From Patescibacteria group bacterium (lineage in GTDB: Bacteria > Patescibacteriota > Microgenomatia > UBA10105 > UBA927): DNA of 64,000 bases. Numbering within the stretch: position 1 is the first letter of the stretch; each line of letters starts with the position of its first letter. Below the pieces are notes generated by a model. That model made no database searches. It worked only from the letters and a program-made list of their open reading frames with translations, and had not been told where the DNA came from. The stretch is from contig DATKGN010000008.1 in NCBI GenBank assembly GCA_035510735.1, positions 12,466 through 76,465 on the forward strand, given 5' to 3'. The position numbers and the translations under genes are program-made. Positions 58,800 through 64,000 of the stretch are shown here, piece after piece.

Positions 58800-60485
58800 C
58801 TAACTATTATTTCTTTGTATCAAATTATGCTTTCGTAAATAGGTAACAATTTTTTGTACACTCATCATCCGCGATTGATGTGCCGTATTGATTGTCATCT
58901 CGGGATGTTTTGGTTTTTCATACGGATCATCAACACCGGTAACTCCCTTAATCTCACCCATCTCCTGGCGTTTATACAATCCTTTCACATCCCGTTTCCG
59001 ACAAACTGATAAGGGTGTGGCCACATACACTTCAACATATGTCCCATACGTTTTGATAAGCTGGCGATTAACTAATCTTGGTTCTTCATACGGAGCAACA
59101 ACAGCGCAAATGGCAATACCTCCGTGTTTTGTTATTTCAGAAGCAACAAATCCGATCCGTTTAATATTTGTGTCTCTGTCTTCTTTGGAAAATCCTAATC
59201 CTTTTGAAAGATTCCGTCTTACAACATCACCATCAAGGATGGTTACTTTTTTATCCTGGATTTCGATGAGTTGACTATAAAGCATTTGTGCTATCGTTGA
59301 TTTTCCTGCACTGGGCAATCCGGTAAAAAATACCGTCAGACCTCTTTTTGCATCTCGCACAGCCCCCGCCCTAAGTTCCCGAACTACCTCGGGAAATGAT
59401 ATCCACTCAGGTACTTGTGACTTCGAGCGGATAAGTTTCCTGAGTTTAGTTCCCGATATTTTTTTCACCTGCACGTTTTTGGAAACGTCCTGAATCTGCA
59501 TATATATTTTTTTATCCGTCCGGTACACCATTTCTTTAAACGGAATTATTATCATATCAAGTTCCGGTGCAAAATGACCGACTAACTCTTCCGCGTCGTA
59601 ATGACCGTAAAAAGGTCGCCCTGATTTGTCTTCTCCAGGTCCTGCATGATCCCGTCCGACGATAAAATGGGTGCATCCGTAGTTCTTCCGAATTATCGCG
59701 TGCCAGAGCGCTTCCTTCGGTCCCGCCATCCGCATCGCAAGAGGCAATAAACTCAACGTTGCGAACTGTTGCATATGACGCGTATAAACCGCAATATATG
59801 AACGGACGCGGGTCACGTAATCAATATCGCCGTCTTTTGTGACACCCACCGACGGATGAAAGAGTATATGGGCGTGATACTCATGGGCTGCCTGTTGCAT
59901 CATCGCAAAATGGACTTTATGGATCGGGTTTCTGGTTTGAAAACCGATAACTGATTCCCATGTATGTTTACGAAAATATGACCGCAGCTCCTGCGGGGTA
60001 TGCCGGTACTGTGCAAAATCGAACCGGTCTACGCGTGATATTCCTTTCAAAGTTCCGCCTAAATAATAGTCACCGGTTTCTTTGAGAAGATACTGTACAC
60101 CATAATGATCAGTATTCGTTGTACCGTAAACCAACTTTGCTTCCTGCTTTTTATCGGGGTGATATATGGAATTGATAGTAAATTTTGCAACCGGTTTACC
60201 GTACTGGTCACATAGAACAACGCTCATCCCACCCCGGTACGGACTAATATCGGGAACATCCAGCACCACAGGGATCGGCCAAAGTGTCCCATTCTTTAAC
60301 CGCATATTCTTGATAACGCTCTCGTATTCTTCTTCTTCGAGAAAACCGGTAAGTGGTAAAAAGGAGCTATCGAGAATTAATTCAAGGTCGCATAATTGCC
60401 GTGCATTAAGGTACACACGCGGAAGAGAAAATATTTCGCGTACGAGTTCCTTCTGTTCATTCCCATTCGTAAATAAATTTTTCAC
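58800..60485 (-). CDS. bifunctional sulfate adenylyltransferase / adenylylsulfate kinase (PAPS synthesis)
   Basis: ATP-sulfurylase GFQTRNPIHKVH and GRDHAGPG motifs; C-terminal APS-kinase P-loop FFTGLPSAGKST and DGD. Confidence 0.8.
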   Translation of the reverse strand: MKNLFTNGNEQKELVREIFSLPRVYLNARQLCDLELILDSSFLPLTGFLEEEEYESVIKNMRLKNGTLWPIPVVLDVPDISPYRGGMSVVLCDQYGKPVAKFTINSIYHPDKKQEAKLVYGTTNTDHYGVQYLLKETGDYYLGGTLKGISRVDRFDFAQYRHTPQELRSYFRKHTWESVIGFQTRNPIHKVHFAMMQQAAHEYHAHILFHPSVGVTKDGDIDYVTRVRSYIAVYTRHMQQFATLSLLPLAMRMAGPKEALWHAIIRKNYGCTHFIVGRDHAGPGEDKSGRPFYGHYDAEELVGHFAPELDMIIIPFKEMVYRTDKKIYMQIQDVSKNVQVKKISGTKLRKLIRSKSQVPEWISFPEVVRELRAGAVRDAKRGLTVFFTGLPSAGKSTIAQMLYSQLIEIQDKKVTILDGDVVRRNLSKGLGFSKEDRDTNIKRIGFVASEITKHGGIAICAVVAPYEEPRLVNRQLIKTYGTYVEVYVATPLSVCRKRDVKGLYKRQEMGEIKGVTGVDDPYEKPKHPEMTINTAHQSRMMSVQKIVTYLRKHNLIQRNNS

Positions 60486-60503
60486 CGTGGCGATTATAAC
60501 AAG

Positions 60504-61010
60504 TTAGAGCAAGGAATTGATGTGCTTTTCTGGAAATATCTGACGAAAAAGAATCAGAAGATATTCCCGTACCGAATAAAATGAAATGTGATTTTTTTCA
60601 TATGCCCCCCTTTTGTACATGATTTCGCCAGTTGATAACAAACGGTTGATGCGGCATTTCACGATACTCGCCCGATTGTATCGTCGGGTCAATTGTTGAC
60701 GGGTTAATCCGCTCCTCCCTGCCGTTACAATTTCGGCTAATATACGAAGTGTCAATGACGCCTCAACGGCGCTATAGACGCCAAAGACAAACAGCGCCAC
60801 CATAAGAAGATATAGCGTCATCCAATAAATAAGTTCATTCAGTCCAAAATAACGCGATAGATACCACCCCTCTCCGATTCCTATGATCACACACGCTCTA
60901 ACTACCCAATGGAGCGCTTCATCCTGTGCGGTCATGTGGAAAAGGACAATAAGTGTGAGAATAAATAAAATAAACGATGTTAATGCCATTATTACAATTT
61001 GATAATCCAT
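60504..61010 (-). CDS. small membrane protein (paralog pair, unknown function)
   Basis: 3-4 TM helices plus basic ~60-aa C-terminal domain; same architecture as adjacent ORF. Confidence 0.4.
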   Translation of the reverse strand: MDYQIVIMALTSFILFILTLIVLFHMTAQDEALHWVVRACVIIGIGEGWYLSRYFGLNELIYWMTLYLLMVALFVFGVYSAVEASLTLRILAEIVTAGRSGLTRQQLTRRYNRASIVKCRINRLLSTGEIMYKRGAYEKNHISFYSVREYLLILFRQIFPEKHINSLL

Positions 61011-61012
61011 AA

Positions 61013-61498
61013 TTACTCGGTCATCGACCGATGAAAAACCCGCTGATACAGACTAATACAATAAATACTCGCTCTCCCCTTCGTGGTCGTTATGTACTTC
61101 GCCCGACGTACTTCAATTAACCCGCTCCTTTTTAAGTCGTCTACCCGTTTCCAGAATAAACCGGAGTCTGTAAATAAGTGCATCAGATCCGCCTCTGTTT
61201 GACGTTTTTTCTTTTTAAAAGATGCAAGTATCATCGACGCGGGCGTTTCTCCACCTAAGTAAGGACCAAGATAAAAAAGAGAGGCCGTCAGAGCCAAAAG
61301 CATATACAAAACCAGTGAAGTAAAAACATAGTGTGATGGCCTAAGCAGCACATACGCACACATGACGCATCCTCCGGGAATATATACCGTCAAGCTAATG
61401 AGTGGATCGTATCTGATACGCTGCATCCACCTATGAACGATACTGTGGGCGGAAAAGGTCAGAATAAAAATTCCGACTGTTATGACGAATGTGTTCAT
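61013..61498 (-). CDS. small membrane protein (paralog pair, unknown function)
   Basis: 3-4 TM helices plus basic C-terminal domain. Confidence 0.4.
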   Translation of the reverse strand: MNTFVITVGIFILTFSAHSIVHRWMQRIRYDPLISLTVYIPGGCVMCAYVLLRPSHYVFTSLVLYMLLALTASLFYLGPYLGGETPASMILASFKKKKRQTEADLMHLFTDSGLFWKRVDDLKRSGLIEVRRAKYITTTKGRASIYCISLYQRVFHRSMTE

Positions 61499-61598
61499 AC
61501 AGGCTAGCGTGAGTAAATCACGGAGGGCCGCAATTTGTCAAATCATATGGATAAAAATTCCGATCACATAAGCTGTTTTTGTAGGATATAATGGATGC

Positions 61599-63233
61599 AT
61601 GTTCTTAACGAAAAAAACCGGATTAATCATCGTAATAGTGCTTCTTATTCTGATGTTCGCTTTTATCATCAAAGAAATTTTTCCGTATGCAAATGTCCTT
61701 TGGGACGAAGCAGAATTCTTACTTCAAACGTATTGGACCGTGAAACCGATCCAACTTCATGATTGGGTCGGAGTATTGACGCAACTCCATAATCAAATTA
61801 GTTATCCTCCGCTTCAATATGCGATATTAGCACCCATTCTGGATGTAATCGGATTCAGTATTGAAAAAGCGCGGATAGTGTCTATGATATTCCCTTTTAT
61901 CACCGGGGTACTCATATATGTTCTCGGAATTCAGGTCGGCCAATCTGTGTTTTCTACAAAAAAGCAATTGCCACAGCTCGTTGGACTTCTTGCTGTCGTT
62001 TTTTTTGTCACATCACCGGTCTTACTATATCTCCATACAATAATTCTCAAGGAACCAATGTCGACAACGTGGACCATCTTAGCAATTCTTGTTTATTTTA
62101 AGGCCCGCACGTCGAAGAAACTCCAATGGTTCTTATTAACTGGAGTTTTGGTCGCAATTTCGTTTCTGACGAAATATCCTTACGGCATCATGAATTTGGC
62201 TTTTTTTGGTATAGAAGCGTGTATTAGTCTAGTAACCGCAAAAAATGGGAAAGAACGTGTACATCTCATTACTTCACATTTACTCATTCTTCTTCCGGTC
62301 GTAATCGGAGCGCTCTTATGGGTGGCAACGTCTCCTGAACGGTTCAATCAATTTTTGTACATTATAGAAAATAATGAAATTCCGAACGAAATGGCAGGAT
62401 GGGATTTGCCGACGTATCTGTTTTATTATCCCAAAGGAATCGTTTACATGTATGGCATAACCATTCCGGTCGGCATCGTTCTTTTGGCATCTTTTATATT
62501 TTCAACGCAATATATAAAAAAACTGAAACCCCGATTATTGTGGTTATCATTTGTTACCTACGTTATTTTTTTAACACCTCATATGATCAACTTACAGGAG
62601 CGCTATATTGCTCCCGTGTCACCCGGTTTATTCATCCTTGTGTCAATCGTCCTTATTGATGTTGTAAGACGATCATTCAAATCTCCTCTTTGGACACGTA
62701 TCGTCGTTTGTACTCTGGCTATCGGATTGGGAATCCATATACTCATAAGTCTTAAGAATCTGCCAATTCGCGTCTATGACGTCGGCACAAAAACAATTTT
62801 CGCCATCGCATTCAACCAACCGGATGTTAATCCCACATGGTTTGATTACAACACGGCGGCTTGGGGGAAGCTCTCTCCCGCGCTCGCAACGGAAAATCCA
62901 AAAGATATTCTTACGTGGGTCTTCAATCGCATCGATACAACGAAACCCGTCTACGTAAAAGGCAGATTTACGGAACTCTCTCCCCCGTATTTCCTTTTAT
63001 CCGTATTAACAGAGAAAGATCATTCAAAACCAAAAAATCTTCCCTATAAAGAATATTATGTTACCCTGACAGTTCTTCCGACCTCGCGATACTATACCCA
63101 TGAATATCGCCTGATCAATGAGTGGGTCCAGTGGGAGGTTCAGACAACAGCGGCAGATCCGAGTTTGACTCTGGTGGACGCGAAGACATTTAAACAACTT
63201 GGTATCAGCGTTTCTATTTACGGCAGACTGTAA
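61599..63233 (+). CDS. GT-C family membrane glycosyltransferase (ArnT/PMT-like)
   Basis: Polytopic 544 aa; NVLWDEAEF DE-loop after first TM. Confidence 0.55.
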   Translation: MFLTKKTGLIIVIVLLILMFAFIIKEIFPYANVLWDEAEFLLQTYWTVKPIQLHDWVGVLTQLHNQISYPPLQYAILAPILDVIGFSIEKARIVSMIFPFITGVLIYVLGIQVGQSVFSTKKQLPQLVGLLAVVFFVTSPVLLYLHTIILKEPMSTTWTILAILVYFKARTSKKLQWFLLTGVLVAISFLTKYPYGIMNLAFFGIEACISLVTAKNGKERVHLITSHLLILLPVVIGALLWVATSPERFNQFLYIIENNEIPNEMAGWDLPTYLFYYPKGIVYMYGITIPVGIVLLASFIFSTQYIKKLKPRLLWLSFVTYVIFLTPHMINLQERYIAPVSPGLFILVSIVLIDVVRRSFKSPLWTRIVVCTLAIGLGIHILISLKNLPIRVYDVGTKTIFAIAFNQPDVNPTWFDYNTAAWGKLSPALATENPKDILTWVFNRIDTTKPVYVKGRFTELSPPYFLLSVLTEKDHSKPKNLPYKEYYVTLTVLPTSRYYTHEYRLINEWVQWEVQTTAADPSLTLVDAKTFKQLGISVSIYGRL

Positions 63234-63240
63234 GGATGGA

Positions 63241-64000
63241 TTAAATTTTTTCTTCCACAATATACGAGGGACGGCCTTTCGTTTCTTCAACGATTACCTG
63301 AACGTATTTACCGACAAAACTGAGCGCCAACAACTGTACGCCTCCGAAAAAAAGTGTAATTCCTACAATGATAATGGGAATGCTGGCATTATGAGTATGG
63401 TCATAAAAGAAATAGTATATGAGATACAGGGAAAAAATGATCACTGCGAGAAATACGAGGAGAATTCCGAGATAAACAATAAAATCAAGCGGCATATAGG
63501 AAAATCCGAAAAAACTGCGTTCGGCATGGTGAAAGTATTCCAATAAATTGTATGAACTCTTACCCCGGGCCCGGCGCTTACGCGCGTAGGTGATATATGC
63601 CCGTTTAAATCCAACCCAAGCCCGTAACCCCCTATAGAAACGGTACCGTTCGGGGAGCGCACGCATCGCATCAAGCGGCCGCTTCCCCACCAAACTGAAA
63701 CTTCCGGCGTTAACTGGCACGTCGATATTTGAGATTGCTTTAAATACCCGATAAAACGATTTTCGAAACATCGTCATGACGATGTTGTCTTCTATTTTCG
63801 TACGGATCCCGACGACAACATCATATCCTTCTTCCCATTTTTTAATAAATTTTGGGATGATATCGACCGGGTCCTGCATATCACTCTCGTAGTAGATAAA
63901 TGCATCTCCCCGGGCGAAATCCATCGTTGCTTCCCCTGAAGATTCCGGACCGAAATTTCTTGACAAAAATATTCCCCGGACTCGTTTATCTTTCTTAACC
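63241..64000 (-). CDS. family 2 glycosyltransferase (polyprenol-phosphate glycosyltransferase-like), 5' end beyond window
   Basis: Frame stays open to window edge (…RGIFLSRNFGPESSGEAT… = LSRNFG motif), DxD-like YYESDMQDP, two C-terminal TM helices. Confidence 0.65.
   Translation of the reverse strand, partial: VKKDKRVRGIFLSRNFGPESSGEATMDFARGDAFIYYESDMQDPVDIIPKFIKKWEEGYDVVVGIRTKIEDNIVMTMFRKSFYRVFKAISNIDVPVNAGSFSLVGKRPLDAMRALPERYRFYRGLRAWVGFKRAYITYARKRRARGKSSYNLLEYFHHAERSFFGFSYMPLDFIVYLGILLVFLAVIIFSLYLIYYFFYDHTHNASIPIIIVGITLFFGGVQLLALSFVGKYVQVIVEETKGRPSYIVEEKI

Overview
This is a 64 kb bacterial chromosomal window with high coding density, mixed-strand operons and no rRNA, tRNA or CRISPR visible. 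The small, partial arginine pathway, the long in-frame insertions in two aminoacyl-tRNA synthetases, the many GT-C glycosyltransferases, the type IV pilin-like genes and the giant surface protein are consistent with an uncultivated, possibly CPR/Patescibacteria-like, bacterium. That attribution is inference from the sequence alone.

Contents, left to right:
- Positions 1-6 kb: hypothetical genes and a PIG-L/LmbE-type deacetylase whose 3' end is duplicated about 0.9 kb downstream, flanking an inserted ORF.
- Positions 6-13 kb: a minus-strand block of argH, argG, argF, a B3/4 tRNA-binding-domain protein and argS.
- Positions 13.8-20.7 kb: comEA, a split comEC and leuS.
- Positions 20.7-21.5 kb: an ~840 bp very AT-rich leader.
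- Positions 21.5-30.4 kb: a ~2,970-aa giant protein. It has an N-terminal tyrosine-recombinase SAM-like (XerD-N-like) domain, a Pro-rich linker and one TM helix. A ~690-aa collagen-like (GPTGxTGxTG) region follows, then a LamG/concanavalin-like domain and a long beta-rich fibre-like C-terminus.
- Positions 30.5-32.3 kb: three tandem prepilin-type (type IV pilin-like) genes, convergent with the giant gene.
- Positions 32.4-64 kb: a ~30 kb glycosylation island. It holds 5 putative GT-C and 5 GT2 glycosyltransferases, 2 methyltransferases, an O-antigen-ligase-like TPR membrane protein, the CDP-3,6-dideoxyhexose genes rfbF/rfbG/rfbH and a DegT aminotransferase. It also holds a GNAT, a TPP-dependent ALS/YerE-family enzyme, a DmpG/DmpF-like aldolase plus acylating acetaldehyde dehydrogenase pair, and a bifunctional ATP sulfurylase/APS kinase.

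Non-coding structure:
- A ~90 bp palindromic MITE/REP-like repeat family in three copies, one sitting exactly in the gap that splits comEC.
- A ~290 bp nested inverted-repeat element.
- An in-frame low-complexity palindromic insertion inside argS.
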